A stretch of 63,926 nt of DNA, filler included, from Octopus bimaculoides (lineage: Eukaryota): the NCBI RefSeq assembly GCF_001194135.2. It is 8 parts of 8 records of this genome, joined end to end, with 100 filler letters (N's around TTAATTAATTAA, not from the genome) between each part and the next. Parts side by side here need not be neighbours in the genome. Positions count along the whole stretch, not along the records: positions 1 to 18,037 come from NC_068983.1; 7 more parts are not named here. The stretch is one strand, 5' to 3'. The stretch's first letter is position 1. Each line of letters begins with the position of its first letter. Positions 1-13,010 of the stretch are shown piece by piece. The translations under genes were made by a program, and so were the position numbers. The notes under the pieces were generated by a model. It searched no databases and had not been told where the DNA came from. It saw only the letters and a list, made by a program, of their open reading frames with translations.

Positions 1-367
1 GTGTTCGTATGAGCGAATTCAGTAGGGGTGAATGGATGAATGACTGGGTATCTTATTCCTTCAGAAAGCAATACTTGTAAAATAAGTTCTTAGAATAACA
101 TACATTTTCCCATCTGTTAATATAGCTCCGATCTAGAATTTGAAAAGTTTCTAGCTAGGGGTCCTGTAGACGTATCCCATCACTTTGCAGTCAATTCTTT
201 TGAAAGACAGGTATCTGTCCCATTATAAGAAATTTTCCTGAAGTTATTTCTAAGAGCCACTAAAGAAATATTTATTTTTAACGACGCTTTTCAATTTATT
301 AGTTTTCTGAAAGTCCTTTAATAATTGCTTAAAATTTAATAATTTTTAATCATAAAACCGGCGGCAA

Positions 368-462
368 CATCATCATCATCATCATCATCATCACCACCTC
401 CACCATCATCATCATCATCACCACCAACAAACAACAGCCACAGCAGCAGCAGCAGCAGCAAT
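368..462. repeat. Compound trinucleotide microsatellite (CAT/CAC/CAG)
   Basis: Directly visible runs of catcatcat, caccac and cagcagcag. Confidence 0.9.
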
Positions 463-960
463 AGCTATAGAAGCAGCTAATCAGTAACTACCTTGCTTGT
501 TAAGTTTTCCTAACCACCTGTACCGTATTTGAGGCACTAATACATACACCTCCCACTGTAGCCACGATCAGGCCAGTATAAAAATCACATTTTCACCATT
601 ACTACTTCTACTTTTAGATAAACATCACTGGCCGACAACAGCAGAAATAGCTCTGCTCTTCTTTCCGAATCAAACTTCCACCAGAAGAATGGGGACAATG
701 TTTTCCATATCACTTTGAAACTGTCAACTTTGGATTAATCTTTTTTTCTGTTCTATCGACGCTTTACTTGCGTGGTCGTCGGCTAATTCTTTACAGTTTC
801 CTGTGCCAATTTTCAGTGATTTATCTATCACCTCCAGCGCCACCTCTAATTACTTTAAATCTTTCATCACACGCTGTTTATCTCCAATTTCATTTTCCAA
901 CATTCTATTTCGTTTTTACTTATAGCTTTTCTAAACTTCTCTCTCGCCCTCACTTCCTCA

Positions 961-1007
<47 letters not shown>

Positions 1008-1974
1008 NNNNNNNNNNNNNNNNNNNNNNNNNNNNNNNNNNNNNNNNNNNNNNNNNNNNNNNNNNNNNNNNNNNNNNNNNNNNNNNNNNNNNNNNNNNNN
1101 NNNNNNNNNNNNNNNNNNNNNNNNNNNNNNNNNNNNNNNNNNNNNNNNNNNNNNNNNNNNNNNNNNNNNNNNNNNNNNNNNNNNNNNNNNNNNNNNNNNN
1201 NNNNNNNNNNNNNNNNNNNNNNNNNNNNNNNNNNNNNNNNNNNNNNNNNNNNNNNNNNNNNNNNNNNNNNNNNNNNNNNNNNNNNNNNNNNNNNNNNNNN
1301 NNNNNNNNNNNNNNNNNNNNNNNNNNNNNNNNNNNNNNNNNNNNNNNNNNNNNNNNNNNNNNNNNNNNNNNNNNNNNNNNNNNNNNNNNNNNNNNNNNNN
1401 NNNNNNNNNNNNNNNNNNNNNNNNNNNNNNNNNNNNNNNNNNNNNNNNNNNNNNNNNNNNNNNNNNNNNNNNNNNNNNNNNNNNNNNNNNNNNNNNNNNN
1501 NNNNNNNNNNNNNNNNNNNNNNNNNNNNNNNNNNNNNNNNNNNNNNNNNNNNNNNNNNNNNNNNNNNNNNNNNNNNNNNNNNNNNNNNNNNNNNNNNNNN
1601 NNNNNNNNNNNNNNNNNNNNNNNNNNNNNNNNNNNNNNNNNNNNNNNNNNNNNNNNNNNNNNNNNNNNNNNNNNNNNNNNNNNNNNNNNNNNNNNNNNNN
1701 NNNNNNNNNNNNNNNNNNNNNNNNNNNNNNNNNNNNNNNNNNNNNNNNNNNNNNNNNNNNNNNNNNNNNNNNNNNNNNNNNNNNNNNNNNNNNNNNNNNN
1801 NNNNNNNNNNNNNNNNNNNNNNNNNNNNNNNNNNNNNNNNNNNNNNNNNNNNNNNNNNNNNNNNNNNNNNNNTATTTATTTATAACAATGAAGGATCACT
1901 CAATCCTTTTTTGTAGAGTACATTAACGTGTGTGAGTGTGTGTGTGTGTGTGTGAGTGTGTGTGTGTGTGTGTG

Positions 1975-2008
<34 letters not shown>

Positions 2009-2804
2009 ACTCTACTGAAACGTGTGTGTGTATGCGTGTTTAATGTATTTTGTTATTTTATTATAAAGCTAACAATTTTAAGTCGATGATTTTTTTTTTA
2101 ATAATTATTAAATGTCTTTACGAATCGCTTAACCAGTTCAATATTGTGACAAGAACTAGTGTACTGAAAAACAACAGTAGAAGCTCCCGCCTCTTACTTT
2201 TAAATAAAGTTTATTTAACATCAGTTTGATGACTGTCAATTGACCATTAGAATAATCACATAAAACTTGCAGGTAAAGCTAACGAAAAATATAATACATA
2301 TTAGAAGAAATATATAACAATAATAGTTATATTGTTATCATAACCGTGGAAGATATGAGATGAATAGTTACTCTTCAATCAGCTGACAGGCAAAATTCGA
2401 AAGTAAGCACACGCAACAGATGAAAACGTTTTGTCTGTGTTTCCATGCCAACAACAACAGTTAAACAGCACTCACGGGCGAAATATATCTCAGAGGCTTC
2501 TGAGATGTGGCGAGCAAACAAACGAACACAAATAATCTGGCTGCTGTCAGCTGATGGAAAATACCTTTCTTTTAAGCAAACTGCTTAACGATTTCTCGAA
2601 ATGTCTGTGTGTGCGAATAATTCTCCTCGAACGACAGAAGTAATTTAACAGATAACGGTAGTTAGAGAAAGCCTTATTAACTGCTTAATTAATCAAGTCA
2701 ATGGATTACCGACTTATGAAGTGCAGTTCATAAATTTCTTTTGAAAGATCCAGTTTTGTTTTCAGATTTATAAGAGAAGAATAACTTTAAGTGTCGCATC
2801 TTTT

Positions 2805-3010
2805 GTTTTTTACTAATTTCAATCATTGGACTACAGTCATGATGGGGTACTGCCTTGAAGGGTTTTAGTTGAACAAACACCCAACAATAATTTTGCTCGC
2901 AACTTATTCTGTCGGATTTCTTTTGTCGAACTGCTTGGTTACGAGGATGTAAACAAATCAACGAGGGGTGGGTGTGGGACAAAAACGGACACAAAGACAC
3001 CCCACACATA
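2805..3010 (-). mobile_element. Degenerate 3' part of tRNA-derived SINE family A
   Basis: Matches the motif (tcattgactgcggccatgctggagcaccgccttgaagggttttagtcgaa) seen in better copies at 10990, 48355 and 51830. Confidence 0.6.
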
Positions 3011-3145
3011 GACGAAGATCCTCTGTACACACAAGTGGAACTCAGAGAAGCATGAGACTGTCTCAACCAAAATAGAATATCTTTAATCTCTTCAATGGTA
3101 CTTCTTTTTAATACTAAAGGTATATATCCGTTTAGTAAACACTAA

Positions 3146-3185
<40 letters not shown>

Positions 3186-3689
3186 GAGAATATACGAAAA
3201 ACAACAACAGACGAGGACAGGTGGTGTAAATAACAAAAGGATGTATTAGNNNNNNNNNNNNNNNNNNNNNNNNNNNNNNNNNNNNNNNNNNNNNNNNNNN
3301 NNNNNNNNNNNNNNNNNNNNNNNNNNNNNNNNNNNNNNNNNNNNNNNNNNNNNNNNNNNNNNNNNNNNNNNNNNNNNNNNNNNNNNNNNNNNNNNNNNNN
3401 NNNNNNNNNNNNNNNNNNNNNNNNNNNNNNNNNNNNNNNNNNNNNNNNNNNNNNNNNNNNNNNNNNNNNNNNNNNNNNNNNNNNNNNNNNNNNNNNNNNN
3501 NNNNNNNNNNNNNNNNNNNNNNNNNNNNNNNNNNNNNNNNNNNNNNNNNNNNNNNNNNNNNNNNNNNNNNNNNNNNNNNNNNNNNNNNNNNNNNNNNNNN
3601 NNNNNNNNNNNNNNNNNNNNNNNNNNNNNNNNNNNNNNNNNNNNNNNNCCAACAACAACAACAACAACATGTATGTATGTATGTATGTA

Positions 3690-3726
<37 letters not shown>

Positions 3727-4088
3727 ATGTATGTATGTATGTATGAGACGGGCTTCCGCATACTTTCTGTCTGTCAAATTCACTCACAAAGCACATTATT
3801 CGGCCCGAAACGTCATGCAGTGGAACCAAACACGAAATCACATGCTTTTAACAGTTTCAGCGACATAATTGAAATGGACCAGTTCAATATGAAAATGCGA
3901 ACGAACACGAACACGAACCTGAACCTGTTTAATGACTTTGTTAATGATGAGTATAAATGAGATTGTGTGACGTTCGTGACACAGTCCGTAACAAGAGAAC
4001 TGTGTAAATGAAATGAAAATTGCTGCAGATGTAAAACGAAAGGAGCTCGTTCAGTTGGTTAAACTTTCTTTTATCTTTATCTTACCTA

Positions 4089-5224
4089 TTTCAGTCATTG
4101 GTCTACGGCAATACTGGGACACCGTTTTGAATGCTTTAGTTGGACAAATTGAGCCCAGTACTTATTNNNNNNNNNNNNNNNNNNNNNNNNNNNNNNNNNN
4201 NNNNNNNNNNNNNNNNNNNNNNNNNNNNNNNNNNNNNNNNNNNNNNNNNNNNNNNNNNNNNNNNNNNNNNNNNNNNNNNNNNNNNNNNNNNNNNNNNNNN
4301 NNNNNNNNNNNNNNNNNNNNNNNNNNNNNNNNNNNNNNNNNNNNNNNNNNNNNNNNNNNNNNNNNNNNNNNNNNNNNNNNNNNNNNNNNNNNNNNNNNNN
4401 NNNNNNNNNNNNNNNNNNNNNNNNNNNNNNNNNNNNNNNNNNNNNNNNNNNNNNNNNNNNNNNNNNNNNNNNNNNNNNNNNNNNNNNNNNNNNNNNNNNN
4501 NNNNNNNNNNNNNNNNNNNNNNNNNNNNNNNNNNNNNNNNNNNNNNNNNNNNNNNNNNNNNNNNNNNNNNNNNNNNNNNNNNNNNNNNNNNNNNNNNNNN
4601 NNNNNNNNNNNNNNNNNNNNNNNNNNNNNNNNNNNNNNNNNNNNNNNNNNNNNNNNNNNNNNNNNNNNNNNNNNNNNNNNNNNNNNNNNNNNNNNNNNNN
4701 NNNNNNNNNNNNNNNNNNNNNNNNNNNNNNNNNNNNNNNNNNNNNNNNNNNNNNNNNNNNNNNNNNNNNNNNNNNNNNNNNNNNNNNNNNNNNNNNNNNN
4801 NNNNNNNNNNNNNNNNNNNNNNNNNNNNNNNNNNNNNNNNNNNNNNNNNNNNNNNNNNNNNNNNNNNNNNNNNNNNNNNNNNNNNNNNNNNNNNNNNNNN
4901 NNNNNNNNNNNNNNNNNNNNNNNNNNNNNNNNNNNNNNNNNNNNNNNNNNNNNNNNNNNNNNNNNNNNNNNNNNNNNNNNNNNNNNNNNNNNNNNNNNNN
5001 NNNNNNNNNNNNNNNNNNNNNNNNNNNNNNNNNNNNNNNNNNNNNNNNNNNNNNNNNNNNNNNTTATTCGTTTTCTGCCGAACCACTATTTTATGGAACG
5101 TAAACAAACCAGCACCGGCCGTCAAACGGCGAAGGCGGACAAACACATACGCAAAAAGACAGACTCACATTGATATATATACATACTCACACACAAAAAC
5201 ATACACATGTGTGTGTGTGTGTTT

Positions 5225-5269
<45 letters not shown>

Positions 5270-5290
5270 CTTCCGTCTACCAAATCCATA
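4089..5290 (-). mobile_element. Degenerate SINE family A copy or copies flanking an N gap
   Basis: 3'-tail motif at 4089-4166, ctgccgaaccac at about 5075, and agcttccgtctaccaaatcca at about 5268-5288. Continuity across the gap is unproven. Confidence 0.45.
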
Positions 5291-6639
5291 AATTAAATGT
5301 TTTTGCTCGAGAAGACAACGAGTCGCCCGCTCCTGGAAGCGAAACCGTGATCATGTTAATGTGAACCCAACACTCTTGACCACAAAGCCATGCGCCTTGA
5401 CTACACACACACGAACACACGAACACATACATACATACATACATACATACGTACATACATATGCATAGACACACACTAAATAAATATATATATTTCTGTT
5501 TTGTTTTTTGTTTTTTTGTTTTTTTGTTTGGTTTTTTTTTTTTNNNNNNNNNNNNNNNNNNNNNNNNNNNNNNNNNNNNNNNNNNNNNNNNNNNNNNNNN
5601 NNNNNNNNNNNNNNNNNNNNNNNNNNNNNNNNNNNNNNNNNNNNNNNNNNNNNNNNNNNNNNNNNNNNNNNNNNNNNNNNNNNNNNNNNNNNNNNNNNNN
5701 NNNNNNNNNNNNNNNNNNNNNNNNNNNNNNNNNNNNNNNNNNNNNNNNNNNNNNNNNNNNNNNNNNNNNNNNNNNNNNNNNNNNNNNNNNNNNNNNNNNN
5801 NNNNNNNNNNNNNNNNNNNNNNNNNNNNNNNNNNNNNNNNNNNNNNNNNNNNNNNNNNNNNNNNNNNNNNNNNNNNNNNNNNNNNNNNNNNNNNNNNNNN
5901 NNNNNNNNNNNNNNNNNNNNAAAAAAAAAAAAAAAAAAAAGAACTAAATCTAATTACTGAACTTAAATATAATTCTTTTGATTCTGAATTCTAACTCGAT
6001 TTGAATTAGAACATTTTATTCCCCCAGTACTAATGAAATAGTCCTCAGTAATATGTTAATGCAGATTCAACCAGTTATAATTTCTTTCACCTAAACACAC
6101 GCACACACATACACACATGCACACACACGAACACACATATACACACACACACACACACGCACGCACGCACATGCACACACACACACACATGCACACACAC
6201 ACACACATGCACACACACACATGCACACACACACATGCACACACACAATTAGCCTTAGACATTTGTCCCCATGAAAGCAAATAGAAATTGTGATATCCAT
6301 TCTATACAACATCGCTAGCATGTGGAGTCCCTAGATCGGAAAATCTTTCTTCTTTAACGAGTCAACGAAGAAATCTTTATGTGGTTTGCCCAGCAAGCTA
6401 GAAATAGCAGTTAAATCTGAAGTTACATCCTATTCTTATAAACATGTTCATCCAGAATTATATAGTCATGGGAGCAACGTACCTAAAGCAAGACAGAATG
6501 TTCATGTCCAGCTTCTCTCTGATCAGAAGTGTGCTCATTCAGGCTGATCTGAGGCTAAACAACAACTTAGCAATTTCACGAAATTCTAATATCATACTAA
6601 TACCATTCATTTCCTGAATATATTACTGTTTTCCAGTCA

Positions 6640-7720
6640 GCCGTTTTCAAACTATTCGTGGTTGAATGTTCAGTATGTTGCTACTGCCTTTATCTATGTT
6701 GATTCTAAAGCCTTTCTGTCAATGCTGGCTAACTATGGATTCGACGAGTTCCTGTGGTTAGGTGATCAACGCTGGTCATATTATGTATGTATGGTGTTAG
6801 CTTAATGGTACAAAGCGCTCAGCCGGAATTTGAGTGGTACTCTGTTCGATTCTCTGTAGAGGCATTTTGGCCGCTTTTTTATTGATGTGGATTTTTGTGG
6901 ATAGGTTTACAAAATCTGTTTGAGCATGAAATATATAGGCTGCATGTGAATGACGTTTGGATACAGATAGAAAGTTATAAATAGTGGTGTCGTATGTGTA
7001 ACAGTGACGTTGTTGGGAGTGACAGCATACAGACTGACAATGAATAGGAGGAAGAGTGTGCGACAAAACTGAACTCTTGGTCAGACCAGAATTGGCAGAG
7101 TGTGAGTCAAAGAAAGTTTAACAACACAGTGATTGCATGATCTAACAGAAAGCTATTGATTCAAGAGAATGAGACGAAGGGAGCCTATTGGTGAGGTGTT
7201 TTGGAAGAAGATTCGAATGCTAGAATTGAAAGCTTTGCTAATGCCAAATGAAACATTGCTTTCGTCAGATTTCTCTAGAGAGGACTTACTCTCCTATGTC
7301 ACTCCTCAGAGGGGAGTGTTATAGGGGAGTGTTATAGGGGAGTAAGTCTCCAATAGGCATTGAGCCACGAATGTCTTTCTGGTGATCAATAAGGCCGAGG
7401 AGAAATTCAACATATTGAAGAAGACTTTTGTTAATGGATGACTCCAACACCTTCGATACATTGGAAGTGAGAGCAACAGGATGGCAATTGGAAGGGTAAT
7501 AATCTGACTCGAATATATTTTGCTGTAGTTTTGAGGTGTATAGTCTGGCTTTGAGGTGCATTGTTAAAGGATAATGGAAGGATTCTTATCAAAACGTGGG
7601 AGTACTGCTCACAGGGAAAGACAGGCAGGTTCTACAAAATTCGAAGAGATCCTTTTAGCAAGAGATCAAAAGAATCGTCTGCAATTTAGAAACCTGGAGA
7701 GTTTGCAGGTAGGCAGTGAC
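6640..7720 (-). mobile_element. CR1/L2-like LINE reverse-transcriptase fragment (decayed)
   Basis: ORF 7319-7561 reads NCHPVALTSNVSKVLESSINKSLLQY...DHQ, resembling the NYRPIALTS/LLSDHQYGFR region of the RT. A degenerate catalytic motif HCYTYDTTIY (YADD-like) lies near 6990. Confidence 0.75.
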
Positions 7721-7777
7721 ATCACAATCTCACACCAGATTGTCTTTTAAAAAGAGCTGTTACCAGAAAACCCATCA

Positions 7778-7878
7778 GTACCAGTTACGCACTGGGGTCG
7801 ATGTAATCGACTTAATCCCTTTGTCTGTCCTTGTTTGTCCCGTCTAAGTTTAGCCCCTTGTGATCAATAAAGAAATGA
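7778..7878 (+). mobile_element. 3' fragment of SINE family B
   Basis: agtaccagttacgcactggggtcgatgtaatcgact matches the family B core seen at 37994-38212 and 52600-52812. Confidence 0.7.
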
Positions 7879-8089
7879 GAAAATCCATCAGACTTCACGC
7901 TAGTAAGCACCACTTTTCACATTAGCAGATGTTTCCAGAACTGGTGCAAATGTTTAATCATGTCCCTTAATAAACATCCAGACAACATGTCGGTAATTTC
8001 CTTTACGTCCGCCCAATGCCCGATGTGTCACTCACTTCATATCAGGGTAACAATGATGGACTCCCCCGTCGGAGACGATGTACGAGTTT

Positions 8090-8328
8090 GTTTATAGTGA
8101 TCAAATGCTCTTGCTGCACATTAGCTCACTCTCTCCATCAAATCGACGTTACCTGAACAGGTGTACTGTGTATCACGCGTCGGGTGTCGAAGTGATCGCA
8201 GAGCAACGTAAGATGAGGTGTTTTGCTCAAGAACACAACGCAACGCACCACTCGGTCTAGGAATTGAAACTACGATCTCGACGTGATTGTGAGTGCAACC
8301 CCCTGACCACTAGATCATGTGCCTCACA
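8090..8328 (-). mobile_element. tRNA-derived SINE (third family)
   Basis: The minus strand shows an A-box-like tgatctagtggtca, a B-box-like agtttcaattcc, then ttcttgagcaaaacac, a typical SINE head plus central domain. Confidence 0.6.
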
Positions 8329-8565
8329 ATAACAACAATGATAAAAAGAACTGTATTTGAAGAATGAATGAGACTATAAAAAGGACCTCGATAGAAAGTC
8401 AGAGAGATCAGTCAGTAACTGTAATATTCAGTAACCTGAGGTAAGATGTTGCTGTTTAACTCCTGGTTAACTTCAACTAAACAAAATAGTGATCAAAAGT
8501 ATTCCAGCCAGGAACATAAGACAGGGTCCCCAAACAGCGGGTCGCGAACCATTTTGTCTTCTTAT

Positions 8566-8643
8566 TTCATTGTTTACTTGTTTCAGTCATTATACTGTGG
8601 CCATGCTAGGGCGCGCGTACACATACACACACATACACACACT

Positions 8644-8725
<82 letters not shown>

Positions 8726-8907
8726 CACACACACACACACAAAAAGAGATACATGACAGGCTTCTTTCAGTTTCCGTGTGCCAAATCCATTCACAAGTAT
8801 TTTCTCGGCCATAGGCGAAGACATTTTCCCCAGGTACCACGCAGTAAGACTGAACCCAGGACCATGTAGCTGAAAAACAAACTTCTTACCGCACACAGCC
8901 ACGCCAG
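8566..8907 (-). mobile_element. SINE family A with internal (TA)n/(CA)n
   Basis: Head ggcgtggctgtgtg...ggttcagtc on the minus strand and the gactgaaacaagtaaa tail. Confidence 0.8.
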
Positions 8908-9645
8908 ACTTCAAAGAAAGAATAAGTTTTTAAACTTTATTTTATCAACTATTACAGACTGCTGTTCTCAGTTGTAACCTACTAAATTGGACCAGCCCAG
9001 AACACGTTGTGCCATAAGGAAGTCTTTTCCAGTGACGTTTTGTTCTTCGAATTATATCCTTTATAACATTTTTTGCAAGAGCATCACTGAAACAGCGAAC
9101 TAAACACTTTTTTTACAAACCTTCCACCTAAGAATAACTGAACAACTCTTTCAATCCCTTTCACCCGGTGTATTTTCTCTTTCTTTTTCTTTGGAGGTGG
9201 GTAGACGTCGGCCTTACTGAGTTTCAAACTTAGTATCAACTATCAACCCATATCGATCTCACCAGTCTGAGAGCACTGGGAAAGTCATGGACACTGAACC
9301 TATTTCAATTAATTAACTAATTAAAGCAATTTAAAATTTGAGATAAAAAACACATTAAGTTGTCTGCGTTGTTATGTCTGCATATATGCAAAACAACATA
9401 GATATTGCCACTAACGGACCCACACGCGCGCGTACTCACATAGCACTCATAAACGCACGCACACACGCACGTGTACTTACTAGAACTCATACGCACACAC
9501 ACGCTCACACACACTCGCTCCGTGCAGATACACATGTGCACTCACGCAAGAAAATACAAAACGGTAATTAAGTGTGTGTTTGTAGAAAGATAAGTTGAGC
9601 AGATTAAAAGTTAATAGTTTACTCAAAATAACTGTATGCACAAAG

Positions 9646-9737
<92 letters not shown>

Positions 9738-9924
9738 GGCAGAGAGATGTGTGGGTGTAGGTATATGATCCTGTTTATACACTCACTGTGCTGACTGATG
9801 GCTGTCTACATACATACATGTGTGTGTGTGCTTCTTGTGTGTGAGTGTGTTAATGCGTATGTATGTATGTACGTATGTATGTATGTACGTATGTATGCAC
9901 GTTAGTATGTATGTGTATATATTT

Positions 9925-10110
9925 CCCGGGCCGTGCAAAACACTCCATTTCACGTTGCTTTAGGCTACTCAACTGTAAATGTGTAACTCTCCTTCGACAA
10001 ACTGGCGTCCTGTCCAGGGGCATGTTGTTAACACAGTCACTTATGTCTCATCGAACCCGAGTAACCAACCCTTTAAGTCCAAGGACTCGAGATAGTACTT
10101 GCTTAGTTAC
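9925..10110 (+). mobile_element. Partial SINE (central domain plus tail)
   Basis: gcaaaacactccatttcacgttgct...ctgtaaatg resembles the central domain of the 8090-8328 element. Confidence 0.45.
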
Positions 10111-10175
10111 TGTATGTATGTATGTATGTGTGTATGTATGCATGTATGCATGCCTGCATGAGTGTCTGTGTGCAT

Positions 10176-10211
<36 letters not shown>

Positions 10212-10989
10212 GTATATNNNNNNNNNNNNNNNNNNNNNNNNNNNNNNNNNNNNNNNNNNNNNNNNNNNNNNNNNNNNNNNNNNNNNNNNNNNNNNNNNNN
10301 NNNNNNNNNNNNNNNNNNNNNNNNNNNNNNNNNNNNNNNNNNNNNNNNNNNNNNNNNNNNNNNNNNNNNNNNNNNNNNNNNNNNNNNNNNNNNNNNNNNN
10401 NNNNNNNNNNNNNNNNNNNNNNNNNNNNNNNNNNNNNNNNNNNNNNNNNNNNNNNNNNNNNNNNNNNNNNNNNNNNNNNNNNNNNNNNNNNNNNNNNNNN
10501 NNNNNNNNNNNNNNNNNNNNNNNNNNNNNNNNNNNNNNNNNNNNNNNNNNNNNNNNNNNNNNNNNNNNNNNNNNNNNNNNNNNNNNNNNNNNNNNNNNNN
10601 NNNNNNNNNNNNNNNNNNNNNNNNNNNNNNNNNNNNNNNNNNNNNNNNNNNNNNNNNNNNNNNNNNNNNNNNNNNNNNNNNNNNNNNNNNNNNNNNNNNN
10701 NNNNNNNNNNNNNNNNNNNNNNNNNNNNNNNNNNNNNNNNNNNNNNNNNNNNNNNNNNNNNNNNNNNNNNNNNNNNNNNNNNNNNNNNNNNNNNNNNNNN
10801 NNNNNNNNNNNNNNNNNNNNNNNNNNNNNNNNNNNNNNNNNNNNNNNNNNNNNNNNNNNNNNNNNNNNNNNNNNNNNNNNNNNNNNNNNNNNNNNNNNNN
10901 NNNNNNNNNNNNNNNNNNNNNNNNNNNNNNNNNNNNNNNNNNNNNNNNNNNNNNNNNNNNNNNNNNNNNNNGCATTAACTGTGTATTGC

Positions 10990-11213
10990 TTTATTCTTTT
11001 ACTAGTTTCACTCATTTGACTGCGGCCACACTGGAGTACCGCCTTGAATGATTTTAGTCGGACAAATTGACTCCAGGACAATATATATATATATATATAT
11101 ATATGACGGGCTTCTTTCAGTTTCTGTCTACCAAATCTACTCACAAGACTTTGGTCGGCCTGAGGCTGTAGTAGAAGGCATTTGCCCAAGGTGCTACGCA
11201 GCGAGACCGAACC
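10990..11213 (-). mobile_element. SINE family A, internally deleted
   Basis: The tail motif tcatttgactgcggcc is joined via (TA)n to gacgggcttctttcagtttctgtctaccaaatc...gcccaaggtgc. Confidence 0.8.
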
Positions 11214-12363
11214 CACTGAAGATTCATTTGTTCCACTAAAATGAATTATCATGTACGTGACTGAGTATTCCACAGGCACGCGTGTGATGAGTGTGACAAT
11301 ACGTGACACTGTCATATATTCTTTACCACAGCTGCAATCTATCCAACGAACTACCGCTCAGTTGCCGTTTATCCAATTTCACTTACGAAGTTGAACTCAG
11401 CTCATCTCTCCTCAGCTCACCCCAGGGAATGGTAAAAATCTCAAGATATCACGCATGGCATAGAACCCGAGACCACTTGATTGAGAATCGGACTTCGGTA
11501 CATCATTTCATATGTCATCGGAATCCTACTGTTGGACTGGTATTTCGGTTCTTACGTTATCGTGCTAACCTAATACATTAGATGTTGGTACAGATAGGCA
11601 GTCGATTAAATCGATCCCAGTACCTGACTTATATTTTATTGTTAGTGCTTGTTCTGGTTCTTTTATTTTTTTTTTTTCTTATATCGCTGGATGGGGAGAT
11701 GAGTCACTGCTATCTCTAGCAGTCAAGCGTCCGTCCTTGACAAGACCAATGAAGGTTGAAATCACATGATCTTGTACTCTCGGCGCTGGAGAGGACGGGG
11801 ATTTATCTGCCTGTAGCGATATAAACAGGAGAACATTTGTACCAAAAGCCATTATGAGAGTTTCTCTCATGATATCTACTTCACGTTCAATATTGCCTCA
11901 CTTTATTTAAATTATTTCGGAAGGCCAAAAGGAAAAGTTGATGTGGGCAAGATTAGAACGTAGATGGTTAAAGGTATAAAAATAAAAAGTTAACCTATAG
12001 AACTCAGATCAAATTGTTCCCAAGATCAGATATGATCATTAAAAAAATCATTCCAATGTATCCATGCTTTAAACAGGCTACTAATTTCCGTGTGATTAAG
12101 GTACAGATCTTGCCATGGCTAGCATTCTTATATTTTTAACACTAGAGCAGCTCTCAAGTAAAACTATGATCAAAACCGCACCATCTGTAACCTCATTGTC
12201 CTCTATATTTTCAGACATAGTAGATCTAGGACTATATTGAGCAATGAGACCTTCTTTTTAAGGACAATAGAGTATGGTTTGAAGAAAAAATGGCTACTTA
12301 CATATGAGTAGGTAAACGGATGGAAGAAAATAGCACACGACATAACTAGTTGAGAGTGTAAGA

Positions 12364-12810
12364 ACAGGCGTGGCTGTGTGGTACGAAGTTTACTTCGCAA
12401 CCGCATGATTCCAGGTCCAGACTACTATGTGGCACTTTGAGCAAATGTTTTCTGTTATAACTCCGGCCCGGCCAAAGTCTTCTGAGAGGATTCGGTACAT
12501 GGGAACTGAAAGAAGCCCGCCCAACACACACACAAACACACACACGCACATATATACTTAAGCTTGTACGTATGTATGCATGTATATATCGTAATCTGTG
12601 TATTTGTGCTTGTTCTCCCCCCCAACACCTAACAACCCAATCTGGTCCAACAAAAACGGCAGATAAAATTTTTTAAAAACTATCAGGCTTACAAAAATAA
12701 GTACTGGGGTCGAATTGGTTGATTGAATCCTTCAGTGCGGTGCTCCAGCATGGCCGCTGTCCAATGACTGAAATAAGTAAAAAATAAAAGGTAAAAGATT
12801 AAAAGATTAT
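12364..12810 (+). mobile_element. Full-length SINE family A
   Basis: Starts caggcgtggctgtgtggta (A-box-like), has a B-box-like ccaggtccagac, and ends gtgctccagcatggccgctgtccaatgactgaaataagtaaaaaataaaag. Confidence 0.85.
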
Positions 12811-13010
12811 ACACACACACGCGCACACGCACGCACACANNNNNNNNNNTTCAGTGCGGTGCTCCAGCATGGCCGCTGTCCAATGACTGAAATAAGTAAA
12901 AAATAAAAGGTAAAAGATTAAAAGATTATACACACACACACGCACACGCACGCACACACACACACACGCACACACACACGCACGCACACATACACACGCA
13001 CACACACACA

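Noticed and set aside
11679-11870. 63-aa minus ORF with an acceptor-like site, as a second exon for the 14823 gene
   Set aside because: There is no donor and no recognisable domain. It is bounded by a 9-bp inverted repeat (tatatcgct), more like a small repeat.
12731-12958. Direct duplication of a SINE tail (12731-12839 and from 12850)
   Set aside because: Identical copies on either side of a 10-N gap are a typical unmerged contig overlap.
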